DNA of 64,000 nucleotides, from contig NC_043014.1 of assembly GCF_006345805.1 (NCBI RefSeq), forward strand, positions 24,304,001 through 24,368,000. Reading direction: 5' to 3'. Source of the stretch: Octopus sinensis (taxonomy: Eukaryota). Both the position numbers and the translations under genes were made by a program. The notes under the pieces are model-generated. The model saw nothing but the letters and a program-made list of their open reading frames with translations, had not been told where the DNA came from and searched no databases. Below, in pieces: positions 51,311 through 64,000 of the stretch. Numbering within the stretch: position 1 is the stretch's first letter; the number at the start of each line of letters is the position of its first letter.

Positions 51311-51607
51311 TAATTTTCAGATAAATTCCATTTTTCTACTTTTTTATTTTAAATTTGTTACATTTTAACACTGAAACATGGTGGATAGCTATGCAATACA
51401 CAGACAAATACTCCAGGACAGACATCACCCCTCCCCCCTCTCTCTCAAATGCATGAAAGTTCAATCCCATCAGCATCATTCCCCCCTCTATCTGTTTGTC
51501 AGCCTCTCTCTCTTTCTCTCTCACTCTTCATCACTCCTACTTCTCCATTTCCTCTCTTCCTAATTTCAGTTGTAACACTCTTTTTTTCTTTTTTAATTCC
51601 TCTCCAG

Positions 51608-51814
51608 GATATGTTGAGCATAGTGACACCTGGTGGTGGAGGATATGGTGTGCCTTTAAGTGATTCTGTACAGTCCCATAATATTTCAAGCAGACATGGT
51701 TGTGGTAATGAGAATGAAGATAATGAAGTTGCAAAGAAGAAACTTTGTAAAGGACAGCAATATGCAACAAAGGGGAGTGTTTATAACTATAAACTTGCCC
51801 AAGAGTCTGCATAA
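51608..51814 (+). CDS. OPLAH: 5-oxoprolinase terminal coding exon
   Basis: DMLSIVTPGGGGYG...GSVYNYKLAQESA* matches the OPLAH C-terminus (TPGGGGYG, GSVYxY, AQEAV); ctccag acceptor; TAA at 51812-51814. Confidence 0.95.
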   Translation, partial: DMLSIVTPGGGGYGVPLSDSVQSHNISSRHGCGNENEDNEVAKKKLCKGQQYATKGSVYNYKLAQESA

Positions 51815-51840
51815 TTCTTTCTGTGCATTTGAATTGTATT

Positions 51841-51846
51841 AATAAA
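51841..51846 (+). promoter_or_regulatory. Candidate polyadenylation signal of OPLAH
   Basis: AATAAA 27 nt after the stop; an alternative AATAAA lies at 52182-52187. In AT-rich DNA this can be chance. Confidence 0.4.
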
Positions 51847-54329
51847 ATTCTTGTTATTATTGTTATCAATTATTTTCAAAAGATAACCGAACGGTTTTCT
51901 GCTAGCTCCTTGATTATAATATTTTCACATTTGATTCCCAATTCTAATAATTTCTTTGTATAATAGTGCTCATTTGCTTAGTAACTACTGCTTTCATTAT
52001 TTTATCACAGTCATAATCTCTCTTTTTTAAACAAACATCACGATAGTCCAACAACAGAGGGAGAAGCAGTTTGTCAAGTTTTACCTTCCCCTCAAAGTAA
52101 CATAGAAATTTCAATTCAGTAAGATTTGCAGTGTGTGTGAGAAAGAGAGTGGGGAAAGAGAACATTGCAAACAAAGAACGAAATAAACATGAAATGAAAA
52201 AAAATCATATAAATGAAAGGACGTTACTACAAATGTACATACCCCCGACTTTATTGCTTCATGACATCCAGAAAAATGAATACTTTTTAACAAAATTTTC
52301 TACAAACACCACTTAGATGTTGTAACTTCAGAGTATATAGGGATTTATGAGAAAGAATTTTTCCAAGGAGTTGGAAAGAGGACTTTTGGAAAATTCACAC
52401 AATCTGACTTTTTTCCCTCATAACTTTCAGGAAGATGGGTATCTTTTAATGAAAATTTATACAAATCCCTTTCAAACGGCATAGATTACAATTATAAAGA
52501 AATTTGTGGGAAAAATTATTTCAGGGATTTTCCTAATTTTTTTTTTAAACCACAGCCTTTGAAATGATGGGTAGGTGGGTGGGGGTGGGGTCTTCTTTGT
52601 ATGAAAAATGTTTTCTAAACTCTTTTTTTTTTTACACCCTGTCCCTTATCATCCCACTCCGGACTTATTTTGGCCAATATTTTTTTGCACTTCAAACCAT
52701 GGGAAGAGCATTTTTGGTAAAAATTTTCTTAAAAATTGTTAAGGTCAATTTGGCTGTTGTTTCTAGCATATCCAAAGACAACCCTCCTTGTTTCTTTATC
52801 ACTCTCGCATGTATTGATGTTTTTCAATATTTTCCCCCATTTATATGCTATAAAAAAGAAAATTTAAGAAATTTTGAATTTTTTGCAACCCCCACTCCCT
52901 TCCCCCAATTGTTTCTATTTAGAAATTTAAAATATTGGAGAGCCTAAGAAGGTCATTACTGACATTTCTCCACAGTGATTTAAAAAAATTATGGAGATGT
53001 ACTTGCATAGCAAGTGACTTGATCTGAGATCGTGTGCTGAAACAAAAACAATTGCAGCATAGATGTTTGTAAGCCATTCAAGAACACACAGAAACCATTA
53101 GTTTCACAGCACTACTTAAATACAGAAATCCAGAAGTATCTACATAACGATATGAAGGGGAGGGTTAGTTTTTAAGGTTAAGGTTAGGGTTAATGTTAAG
53201 GTGTCCTTACACATCCACACAGTGTACATTTAAAATGTTTTGTACTTAACACCTGTATTTAAGTAGTATGGTTAAGGGACCTCTATTTAAATAGTACCAG
53301 TTTCACTTCAACATTAAAATTTCATTTATGTCAAAATATTTTCTTGACAAAGCTTCACAAAAGTAATGCAGCATGAAGTTTTGTCAGTGAACAGCAAACA
53401 CTCACACATTCATTGCCTTTCATTTGTGTGTATATATGTGTGTGCATCAATGTGTCACTGTTGAAGTCACTCGTGCAACTTGTTTATGTATATATTGGCT
53501 TAGAGGTACAGAGTGTGTGGAAACTGAATAAGGTGCAAGTTTTGAGTACTTGTCGGTAACTTTTTTTTTCATTATCTTCTAATAGTAATTACCCAACTTT
53601 CGGTCAAACTAAAGCGTGTGACCCAGTCATAAAAACAAACAAAAAATAGTGTAATGGGTGTAAAACAACTTGCTCTAAACGAATATGCCAAAAAAAAAAT
53701 GTAGGGGAGAGGACTCGGAAAATTCACATCAGGAATGTTCCGAAAGCATCTGACCTGGGCACAAAAACAACAACAAAAAATAGTGTAATAGGTGTAAAAC
53801 AACTTGTTCTAAATGATTATCAAGAACATACACACACACACACACACAAAGAGAAATGGTTGGTTCGAGACATTGAACTGAATTTAAATAAGCAAGAAAG
53901 ATATTATCAAAGAAAATGCCATAGCCCCATTTTTATTATCTTCTATTGTTGTTGTTATTGAGTTGAATGTGTGTGTGTGGTGAAATTATTAATATCAATA
54001 TCAATACATTAACCAATACCATTGAAGTGAAATAATAGTTTCTATATTTTTGGTTTGGCACTGCTGAATTGAGTCAAAGACTATATAATACAAGTCAGCA
54101 GAAAAACAAATGCGATATCCATAACAGTAAAGAAATAAGACCTCCCCCAAACAGTAACCCTTGTGTTTAAAATCTCCCTAACAAAAAGAAGAGAGGTTAT
54201 TTGGCTATGGACTACATTGATCTTTTCATGTTGTGGTTTAGCTAAAAAGTTTGCTCAAATCAAGTAAACTTATGAACCAAAGGTAGCCTAGCCATGACCA
54301 TCTCAATGGTTTTCTTTCTTTTTGTCAGA

Positions 54330-54690
54330 CATGGCTATGTGGTTAAGATGGTTTCAAGTTCAGTTCCACTGCATGGCACTTTGTGCAAGTACCTTCTACT
54401 CTACCTGACCCCAGGCTGACCAGTGCCCAGTGAGAGAATTTGGTTGATAGAAACTGTGGAAGTTTGTTGTGTGTGTGTGTGTGTGTCTTTGTACCCCACC
54501 CTCACTACTTGATAACTGGCATTGGTTTGTTTACATCCCTGTAACTAAGCAGTTCAGCAAAAAAGTCCAACAGAATAAGTACCAGAGTTTTAAAAAATAA
54601 GCATTGGAGTTGATTTGTTTGAGTAAAATCCTTTAAGGCAAAGCCCTAGCATGGCTGCAGTCCAGTGACTGAAACAAGTAGAAGAGAGTG
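54330..54690 (+). mobile_element. Diverged tRNA-SINE
   Basis: Same head, microsatellite and tail architecture as 22146-22546. Confidence 0.75.
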
Positions 54691-55107
54691 GTGTACCAAA
54701 GATTACACCATTCAATGTGTTCTAATGCTCCTCTTGAGTCATTGCAAGTGAATATGTGCAATAAAGACACAAGTAGAGAAGACGCTCCAGAGTGATACCA
54801 TTCAGGGAAGGATCAAGCATAATTTTTAGAGAAGAGAGACAAGGGTAAGAAATGCCTGATTGAGATGGTGCAAACCTCAGCCAGGTCTGAAGATAATAAG
54901 TTGTAATTTTGTTGTTTATACCTAAAACATGGACTGCTTGTTTATACCCAAGAAATGGACTTGCTGTTTGTACTCAAGAAATGTGCAACGTACAGGTTAT
55001 AATTATTTCTATAACATAATAATTTAAATATATGTTAAAGAAAATTTGATTACACAAACTGTCTGCATAAAGAATTAAAAATCTGAAAAAGAGTGGCAAG
55101 TTTTGGA

Positions 55108-55828
55108 ATCTTTTCCTTTTGAACGGCAGTTTTCAACACAATTTCTAGTTAACTAAACACTTTTAAACTTCGTATACTGGTAGAATGTGTCAAAATAAAA
55201 CTTTTTTTTCTCTTGGCTTTCTTGAGAAAATTGTAATTTGTAAGTTTAACGTAGTTTAATTTTTTGAATTTTAACCAATCCTATCGCCTCTACTGAGCTA
55301 AAATCATTTGCTGCGTCTAAAACTGAGACAACATCCTGTCACTAACCCTCACCCTAAATTTTAGCCTTTCGTTTTTTTTTCTTAATTGTTAAATTAATTT
55401 AATTGTTACGCGTGTCTAAAATTATTCGTTTTGTTTTTGTTTTGAGTTTTTGCTTTTGTTTTAGCCTTTCGTTTTTTTTCTTAATTGTTAAATTTAAATT
55501 ATTTTCCATTGCTTTCGTTTTTTTTTTCTTTTTTCTTAATTGTTATCCTTAAATTAATTTAAAAATTAAGAAAAAAAAAGAAAGGCTAAAATTTAGGGTT
55601 AATGACAGGATGTCTGTTTTAGACGCAGCAAATGATTTTAGCTCATAGAGGCCATTGATTGGTTAAAATTCGAAAAATTAAACTACATTAAACTTACAAA
55701 TTACAATTTTCTCAAGAAAGCCAAGAGAAAAAATGCTTTATTTTGGCACATTCTACCAGTATACGAAATTTAAAAGTGTTTAGTTGACTAGAAATTGTGT
55801 TGAAAACTGCCGTTCAAAAGGAAAAGAT
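55108..55828. mobile_element. Foldback MITE with ~260-bp arms
   Basis: 55108-55370 is the reverse complement of 55580-55828 at roughly 90% identity; T-rich spacer. Confidence 0.8.
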
Positions 55829-56976
55829 CCCAAGTTTTGTAAATAGGGGTAGAGTAAGGTTGAATATTTAAGAGAATTTGCAGCGTGTAAGATGTTTGTA
55901 AGCAATTCCAGAACAACAAAAGCCATTACTTTCACTGTAAAATTTAAATTTCGTTTGTGTCTAAATATTTTCAGTCTTTGAAACCATGGCAAACCCCTGA
56001 CAAAAATTCGTGTTGCATCTCTTTTGTCAGTGAACAAGTCTCGGTTTCAAAGCGACAAAAATATTGACATTGAAATGAGATTTAAATGTTGCAGTGAACC
56101 AACCATTTCTCTGTGTGTGTGTGTGTTCTTGATAATCGTTTAGAACAAGTAGTTTTACACCAATTACAGTATTTTTTTTTTTGTGCCCAGGTCAGACGCT
56201 TTCGGAAATTTACGATGTGAATTTTCTGAGTCCTCTCCCCCACCCCCTTCTGCGAGCGTGCATTTTTTCTTTGTCATATTCATTTAGAGCAAGTTGTTTT
56301 ACACATATTACACTTTTCTTTTTTTGTGTGTGTGCCCGGGTCAGACGCTTTCGGAAATTCACGATGTTAATTTTCCGAGGCCTCTCCCCCACCCCCTTTC
56401 GCGAGCATTTTTCTTGTCATATTCATTTAGAGGAAGTTGTTTTACACCTATTACACTATTTTTTTTGTTTTTGTTTTTATGACCGGGTCAAACCGAGATT
56501 TGCCCCAACTTTCTAGGCTCTTCTCACAGCTATCCTGGATTAAAAAATTATACGGATATTTAAAAAAAATTTCATTCAATAAATAATAAATTAGATATAC
56601 ATTAATAGAATAATAAATAAATATTATATATACAATGCTAGCTGAAGCATATAAACTTTCGCTCACAAAAACTTATTCACACGACCGCAAGCCTTTCCAT
56701 CTCAAATCTTGCCTTTCTTACTTTCGTCTAAATCTCGTCTTCTCCCAGTGCCCGGTGTAGTTTTTGCCCCTCTGTTATCACCATGTCTCTCTCCCTCCCT
56801 CTCTCTCTCTCTCTCTCTTTCTCTGCGATGTCGTTTTCTCCCTCTGTTATCGCTGTCTCTCTCTCTCTCTCTCTCTCCCTCTCTCTATATATTTCACTTT
56901 CACTCGCTGCCACAGGCTTCTACCCACACATCCGCTCCCCCTCCCCTATAAAACCCTACGCACGAGGCTTGACCGC

Positions 56977-57091
56977 CCTTATTATTGCTTTCCTCCTGGC
57001 TATAACACACGAACTACGAACCGCAGGATGATGAATAATATCAGCTAAGTCATATTTAAGTTCACGACCTGTCCCTCTTTCATTGTTTTTG
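56977..57091 (+). repeat. 115-bp exact direct repeat (second copy 59990-60104) flanking the Tx1 LINE
   Basis: ccttattattg...cattgtttttg is identical at both sites, offset 3013. Confidence 0.95.
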
Positions 57092-59989
57092 AACAAGGCT
57101 ATTTTGAATTGTGAAGACTTCCGTACCCGGATTAAGGTATTTGTACAGAGGGCATTGTGTGGCACCATCATTAACAATAGATGGTGGCACTCCCTCAAAA
57201 GAGCCATTCGTTCAGAGTCCATTAGATTTAGCAACCAGCTAAGGTTAGATAGGTCTAGGATAGAGGACGATTTAGTTAAGAATCTAAACGAGGCAATGGA
57301 AGCTGGATCTGCATCCGGAGTGTTGGCGGCAAGGACGGTATTGTACCGTCACCTTAACTCCAAACACGAAGGTTGCAGAGTCAGAGCTAAGCTACGCGCT
57401 GGGAAACGAGAAGGTATTAACGTTGCCGGATGGGCCCGTCGAGTGGAGAGTCAGAGAGGTAACAAAGCCTCAATCAAATCTTTAACTGACGAACAGGGAC
57501 AAAAGATCTATGGACAGGAGGAGATGCAAAAGTTTCTTCACCAGCATTTCGCTCGCGTGTTCGGGGGTGGTGTGGCGCCGGAGCGGGGGAGGACCTTAAA
57601 GGACTTCCTGGCCGGCGGGCCGCGGCTCTCGGGGCGTGAGGCGGAGTGCTGTGAAGAAGCGATCACTCCCGCGGAGATAGAGGGGATGCTGGCCGAATGC
57701 GCCGGGAAGAAGTCGCCGGGGTTGGATGGTCTGCCCTACGAGTTTTACCAAAGTATGCAGGACTTGTTCGGGGGAATATTGGCAGGCGTCTACACGAACT
57801 GGCAGCAGAATGGGAGAATTCCCAGCTCTGTAAGCCGGGGAGTGGTGACGCTAATCCAGAAAGACCCGAGCAAGGGGGATAACATTAGTAACTACAGGCC
57901 CATAACTCTACTTAATGTAGAGTTAAAGATTTTGGCCAAGGTGTTGGCAAAAAGGTTGACGGTTGTCGTGGAGAAACTTGTAGGGAGAGCACAGACATGT
58001 GCAATTCCAGGCAGGTCGATCCAGGACAATCTTCACCTTATACGCTACACCTTAGACAGGGTGGGTAAATTAACCGGCAAGGGCGGGGTAATGGTCCATT
58101 TAGACCAAAGTAAAGCGTTCGATAGGGTAGACCATGGGTACCTGGCGACGGTCCTCGAAGCGGCTGGACTGGGCCCTGAATTTCGCGGGTGGATCTCCGC
58201 TATGTATAGCGGCATCAAGTCCACCGTCCAGATAAACGGTTACCTAACGGAACCGTTTTCGATTGAATGTTCAGTTCGTCAAGGGTGCCCCTTGTCACCA
58301 CTTTTGTACGTGTTGGCTCTTGAGCCATTGCTGCGAAAGTTGGAGAGGCTGGGAAGCAACTCGGATGAGATCGGAGGTGGGAGGACGGTTACTGCTTATG
58401 CGGATGACGTCACCCTCATCGTGTCCAATGAGGCCTAGCTACCTTGTGTGGAAGAGGCTATCAGAGGATACGAGGCGGTGGCAGGAGCAAAGGTTAACAA
58501 GGACAAGTCGGTTGGCTTGCGCCTCGGCACCTGGAGGAGCAAGTCGATATCGTCCAGCGTCGTGGGACACTGGACGGATGGCCCTGTTAAGTTGCTAGGA
58601 GTCTGGTTTGGGCCAGACTCCCAAACGGAGAGGAACTGGAGTGAGGTGACGAGCAAGGTGGAGGCCATAGTACGGACCTGGTCCGGAAGGTTTCTGTCCT
58701 TGAAAGGAAGGGCGGAGGTGGTACAGATGTTCATTGCATCTGTAATCACTTACCGCCTGACCGTTGTCCCTTGCCCCGATTCATGGCTTAGCAAGTTGGA
58801 GCGAATCCTTTTCCGCTTTTTGTGGAAGGGAGGAAAGCCACTTGTGAGGCGCTCCGTTTGCTGCCAGGAACCGTTAAAGGGTGGGTTAGGAATGCCTTGG
58901 TTGATGATGCGCAGACATGCGTTGAGGCTGAAGCATCTCTGGCACCACCTGGAGGGTGATAAGGTGTGGAGTCCGCTGGCAGGGGAATTTTTCCCGAGAC
59001 CGGCCTCCTTAGCGAATTTTAAACCCGGTCGCATCAAAAGATGGAAACTGACTTTATGGCAAAACGAGTGCCGACAGGCACTCACGCTGATCCACAAGGC
59101 CGGCTGCGGAAATACCACCTCGGTATTTTATAGAAGGCTGGTAGAGGCAAAGAACGACGACGTCCTAGGAGGGGCTCTGGGGTTTGACGAAGACCAGCTT
59201 ACCAACCTGTTTAAAAAGACTTTCAGGACGGGGTACTTGGATAATTTCCAAAGATCCCTGGCCTGGCAGTGCTATAGGAATGCTTTACCTGTTCGCGAGA
59301 AGTTATCGCGGCACGGAATTTCAGTGCCACCGACGTGTCCAAGGTGCGAGTTGGACGATGAAACCGTCCAGCACGCTTTTGTACACTGTCGGAAGTTGTC
59401 AGACTTGATAAGTTACGCAGAACACGTGTTATCGCATCTGGGACGAGTACAGCTGTCGGCTGAGTCTATGATTAAGATGATACCGCCAACTGGACTCTCG
59501 AAGGAAGGTGAGGCATGTTTTCACTGCACGGTTGCAGTAGTAAAAGAATGCATGTGGAGAACAAGAATGGAAGGAGTCGCGATAGGATCCTTTGTCTCGG
59601 GCCCCGGCTTGCTCACTTACTTCAGATATCATCTGAAGAGCAAAATGGGGCTGGAAAAGAGGATCTTACCACGGGGTGTGTATTAGAAAAGATGGAAGGA
59701 AGTGGAAAAAAAAGTGGGTGTCAGAAACCCAGCTTAACTATGGAGGGAGGAGAGGAAACAAAAGCTGCGGGGCCTTATAAATTGCCGGGGTTTAAAACTT
59801 CGGTAAGATCGAAAGGTTATGAAATGTTATAAGATTCTATTGGTCACGTAAAGGACAATTTATAGACGATTTTTTTTAATCCAAATGTTATGGAAAATTT
59901 TTAAATCGAACCTCTTAATTATTTGTTTTGCATGTATGTCATGTATTTGTACTTCTATGTAACGGCTGTATAATCGTAATAAAGAAATT
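57092..59989 (+). mobile_element. 5'-truncated L1/Tx1-type LINE (ORF2 RT plus zf-RVT), one in-frame stop
   Basis: ORFs 57083-58438 and 58448-59686 are in frame, separated by TAG 58436-58438. Motifs KSPGLDG, NYRPITLLN, DQSKAFD, VRQGCPLSP, AYADD, C-terminal CPRC...HAFVHC. No APE domain; AATAAA near the 3' end; no poly(A) tail. Confidence 0.92.
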
Positions 59990-62900
59990 CCTTATTATTG
60001 CTTTCCTCCTGGCTATAACACACGAACTACGAACCGCAGGATGATGAATAATATCAGCTAAGTCATATTTAAGTTCACGACCTGTCCCTCTTTCATTGTT
60101 TTTGCAAGTATTATTATCACCATCAAGCCTTATTATTGTGTCCCCCATATATTATCGTTATCCTTCGTCTCAAATGCTAGCTGAAGCATATAAACTTTCG
60201 CTCACAAAAACTTATTCACACGACCGCAAAAAAAAAACATCTCGTCTCAAATCTGGTCTTTCTGTCGCTTAATTCTCTAACCCATCTTTCCCAACTTCCA
60301 CTCATAGAAAATTATGCACACGACCGCAAACCTTTCCATCTCAAATCTTGCCTTTCTTACTGCCGCCTAAATCTCGTCTTCTCCCAGTCCGCAGGGACCT
60401 TCTCTTTGTGGCTGGTGATTTCAATGGGCATGTTGGACGACATGCTGGGGGCTTCCATGGCGTGCATGGAGGCTACGGTTATGGTTCCCGCAACGAGGAG
60501 GGAACCAGGCTGCTGGAGTTCTGTGATGCGAATAGTCTTATGATCTGCAACACTAACTTCAGGAAACCAACAAGCTACCTGGTCACCTACCGATCGGGCC
60601 GGCATACTAGCCAAATCGACTACATCCTCGCCAGAAAAAGGGAAAGATGGCTGCTTATAAATGCCAAAACCTTCCCAGGCGAAGAATGCACCCCACAACA
60701 TAGACTGGTAGTTAGTGACTTTAGGATCAGGACTAAGAGGGCGACTAGAAGACGACCAACATGGAGAAGAAGGGTCTGGAAGCTTAAAGACCCTGCGAAT
60801 GGACAGAGATTTAGAGATATGTTACTTGAAGCCTTTGACGAAGTGGAAGGGGGTATAGCTACACATGGGGTAGAAGACAACTGGACGTTTCTGAGGGACA
60901 ACCTGCTGAAAGCCGCTGACCAGATCTGTGGCTGGTGCAAAGTCCCCTTAAGACCCAAAATAACATGGTGGTGGAACAATATTGTTGATAGGGCTATTAG
61001 ACAAAAGAAACAGGCTTGGAAGGCCTGGAAGAACGGTGGTAGCAGGGAAGTGTATCAGACTGCCAGAAGGAAGCTAGGAGACAGGTCTATCTAGCCAGAG
61101 GGGAAGCAGATAAAAGAAAATTTGCCAATGTCCTGCGCCGTGAGGATGAAAGACTTGAGGTATTTCGTGTTGCAAGACAGTGTGTGAGAGAGAATCGAGA
61201 TGTGGTAGGAGAGAATGTGTTCGCATGGAGGATGGTTCACTTGCGCTAAATGAGGATGCAAAGAGAGAAGCTTGGAGACGCCACTATGAAAGGTTGCTGA
61301 ATGAGGAAAATGAATGGGATAAAGAGAGTCTGCCGAATGTTGACCCAACAGAGGGACCAGCTATCCGAGTTGATAGTTCCGTGGTAGCTAAGGCAATTAG
61401 AAGCATGAAGACAGGGAAAGCCCCAGGCCCATCAGGAATTACTGCAGAGATGCTCAAAATATCTGGTAGTGTCGGCTATAGCATAGTCACCCGTATAGTT
61501 AACCAGGTGATACACGAAGGAGTCATACCCAATGACTGGTGTAGCAGCATAATAGTCAACTGCTACAAAGGTAAAGGCGATGCCCTAGATACAAATAACT
61601 ACAGGGGCATCAAGCTGTTGGATCAGGTAATGAAGGTTACGGAGAGGGTTATAGCCCAGTTAATTAGAGAGAGAGTTAGCTTAGATGATATACAGTTTGG
61701 GTTCGTGCCAGGGAAAAGTACTACTGATGCTATATTCCTGGTAAGACAGCTGCAGGAGAAATACCTAGCCAAAGGTAAGCCCTTGTACCTGGCTCTTGTT
61801 GACTTAGAGAAAGCCTTTGACAGGGTCCCCCGATCCCTTATCTGGTGGTCAATGAGGAAACTAGGGATAGATGAATGGTTAGTGAGAGCTGTGCAAGCCA
61901 TGTACAGAGACGCAGCTAGTAAGGTGAGGGTTGGCAACGAGTACAGTGAAGAATTCCGGGTAGAGGTTGGGGTCCACCAAGGCTCAGTCCTCAGCCCCCT
62001 CCTATTTATCATAATCCTCCAGGCAATAACGGAAGAATTTAAGACAGGATGCCCCTGGGAGCTCCTATATGCTGATGACCTTGCTCTAATTGCTGAGTCA
62101 CTATCAGAACTGGAGGAGAAGTTTCAGGTGTGGAAACAAGGATTAGAATCGAAGGGCCTTAGAATCAACCTAGCCAAAACCAAAGTCCTAATAAGTAGGA
62201 AGGTGGACCAACCACAAACGACTTCAGGTAGATGGCCCTGCTCGATCTGTAAAAAAGGTGTAGGTAGAAACTCTATAAGGTGCACCAAGTGTAAGCTATG
62301 GACACATAAGAGGTGCAGCAATGTCAAAGGAAGGCTAACTAAGAAAATAGTTTTTGTCTGTGGCAGATGCTCAGGAGAAATGAACACTGGAAATGTGCAG
62401 AGACCAACTTCTACCACGTTCCAGGGAGACAAACTAGAAGTAGTTGATAGCTTCCGCTACCTAGGAGACCAAGTCAGTAGCGGGGGTGGGTGTGCTGAAA
62501 GTGTAACTGCAAGAGTAAGAATAGCCTGGGCAAAGTTTAGAGAGCTCTTACCCCTGCTGGTGACAAAAGGCCTCTCGCTAAGAGTAAAAGGCAGACTATA
62601 TGATGCGTGTGTACGTACAGCCATGCTACATGGTAGTGAAACATGGGCCGTGACAGCTGAGGATATGCGTAAGCTTGCAAGAAATGAAGCCAGTATGCTC
62701 CGATGGATGTGTAATGTCAGTGTTCATAATCGTCAGAGTGTAAGTACTTTGAGAGAAAAGTTGAACCTAAGAAGTGTCAGTTGTGGTGTGCAAGAGAGAC
62801 GGCTGCGCTGGTATGGTCATGTGACGAGAATGGCTGAGGATAGTTGTGTGCAAAAGTGCTACACCCTGGCAGTTGAGGGAACCTGTGGAAGAGGTAGACC

Positions 62901-63007
62901 CAGGAAAACCTGGGACGAGGTGGTGAAGCACGACCTTCGAACTTTAGGTCTCACCAAGGAAATGACTAGAGACTGAGTCCTATGGAAGTGTGCTGTGCAT
63001 GAGAGGA

Positions 63008-64000
63008 CCCGGCAGGACTAGTCAGGCCATATCCCGTGGCCCCTACCTGGGACGTAGTCGATCCACCTGTGCATACCTTCCTTCTTGTGACACTTGTGAA
63101 GACCTGCTGAGGCAAGTGAAAATCAATCAAAATAGATGAACATCAATGGAATTTGTATCTTGTGGTACCAGTGCCTATGGCACACAAGAAAACCATCCGA
63201 ACGTGGCCGTAGCCAGTACTGCATCGACTGGCCTCCGTGCTGTGGGAACATGGTGGCACATAAAAACACCATCCGAAGACCCGGCAAGACTAGTCAGGTC
63301 ATAACCCGTAGGCCCTACCTGGGACGTAGTCAGTCCACCTGTACATACCTTCCTTCTTGTGAAAATCAAATCAAATCAAAATAGATGAACATCAATGGAA
63401 TTTGTATCCTTGTGGTACCAGTGCCGGTGGCACACAAAAATCCATCCGAACGTGGCCGTAGTCAGTACCACTTGTGGTACCAGTGCCGGTGGCACACAAG
63501 AATCCATCCGAACGTGGCCGTAGTCAGTACCGCATCACTGGCCATCGTGCTGTGGGCACATAACAAACACCATCCGGTCGTGGCCGGTACCAGTGCCGGT
63601 GGCACACAAGAATCCATCCGAACATGGCCGTAGTCAGTACCGCATCACTGGCCATCGTGCTGTGGGCACATAACAAACACCATCCGGTCGTGGCCGTTCG
63701 CCAGCCTCATCTAGCACCTGTGTCGGTGGCACATAAAAACACCATCCGAAGACCCGGCAAGACTAGTCAGGCCATAACCCATGGCCCCTACCTGGGACGT
63801 AGTCAGTCCACCTGTGCATGCCTTCCTTCTTGTGACACTTGTGAAAACCTGTTGAGGCAAGTGAAAATCAAAACAAATCAAAATAGATGAACATCAATGG
63901 AATCTGCATCTTTGTGGTACCAGTGCCGGTGGCACACAAGAGAACCATCCGAACGTGGCCGTAGCCAGTTCCGCATCGACCGGCCTCCGTGCTGTGGCAC
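63008..64000 (+). repeat. Nested tandem repeats in the RTE 3' UTR
   Basis: gcaagactagtcagg...gggacgtagtc unit at ~63008, ~63280 and ~63757, with ~60-bp and ~109-bp sub-repeats (gtggtaccagtgccggtggcacacaag). Confidence 0.85.

Larger units (their letters stand above)
56636..64000 (+). mobile_element. Second long RTE LINE, internally deleted and frameshifted, 5' module duplicated, runs off the window
   Basis: 5' module atgctagctgaagcatataaac... at 56636 and 60175; module B joins mid-APE (DLLFVAGDFNGH, ~60390). ORFs 60348-61094 and 61180-62976 with frameshifts near 61070 and 61213; premature TGA at 62974; repetitive 3' UTR. Membership of module A in the element is inference. Confidence 0.85.

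Noticed and set aside
53160-53200. Telomere-like ggttaaggttagggtt run
   Set aside because: One true TTAGGG within a MITE; not an interstitial telomere array.
56960-57060. HDV-like ribozyme hints (tcctcc...gctaa) in the RTE 5' module
   Set aside because: Could not build P1, P2 and P3 pairings by eye; an Infernal HDV-family search would settle it.

Overview
AT-rich, microsatellite-laden eukaryotic DNA. The SINE/RTE/Helitron repertoire is typical of octopod cephalopods (taxon assignment is inference). The only host gene found is the 3' part of 5-oxoprolinase (OPLAH, + strand): nine GT-AG exons from 2421 to the stop at 51814, 376 codons plus stop, phase-consistent, spread over ~49 kb of transposon-filled introns. 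The rest is mobile DNA: RTE LINEs (two long copies, several truncated), a 5'-truncated L1/Tx1 LINE, Helitrons of at least three end-types with PIF1 helicase remnants, Penelope-like GIY-YIG remnants, tRNA-derived SINEs, MITEs and many near-perfect palindromes. The best candidate for an undescribed system is a ~483-bp tandem repeat (15735-21892). Its two complete units carry identical, fully foldable type I hammerhead ribozymes on the minus strand, the architecture of a non-LTR retrozyme (circRNA-producing element), and a 5-kb RTE LINE has inserted into the array. Other notable items: a second, Penelope-type minimal hammerhead (14756-14801), an exact 115-bp duplication flanking the Tx1 LINE, and an inverted RTE pair bracketing OPLAH exons 7-8. 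Exon numbers are relative to this window. All calls were made by eye; no searches or folding programs were run.
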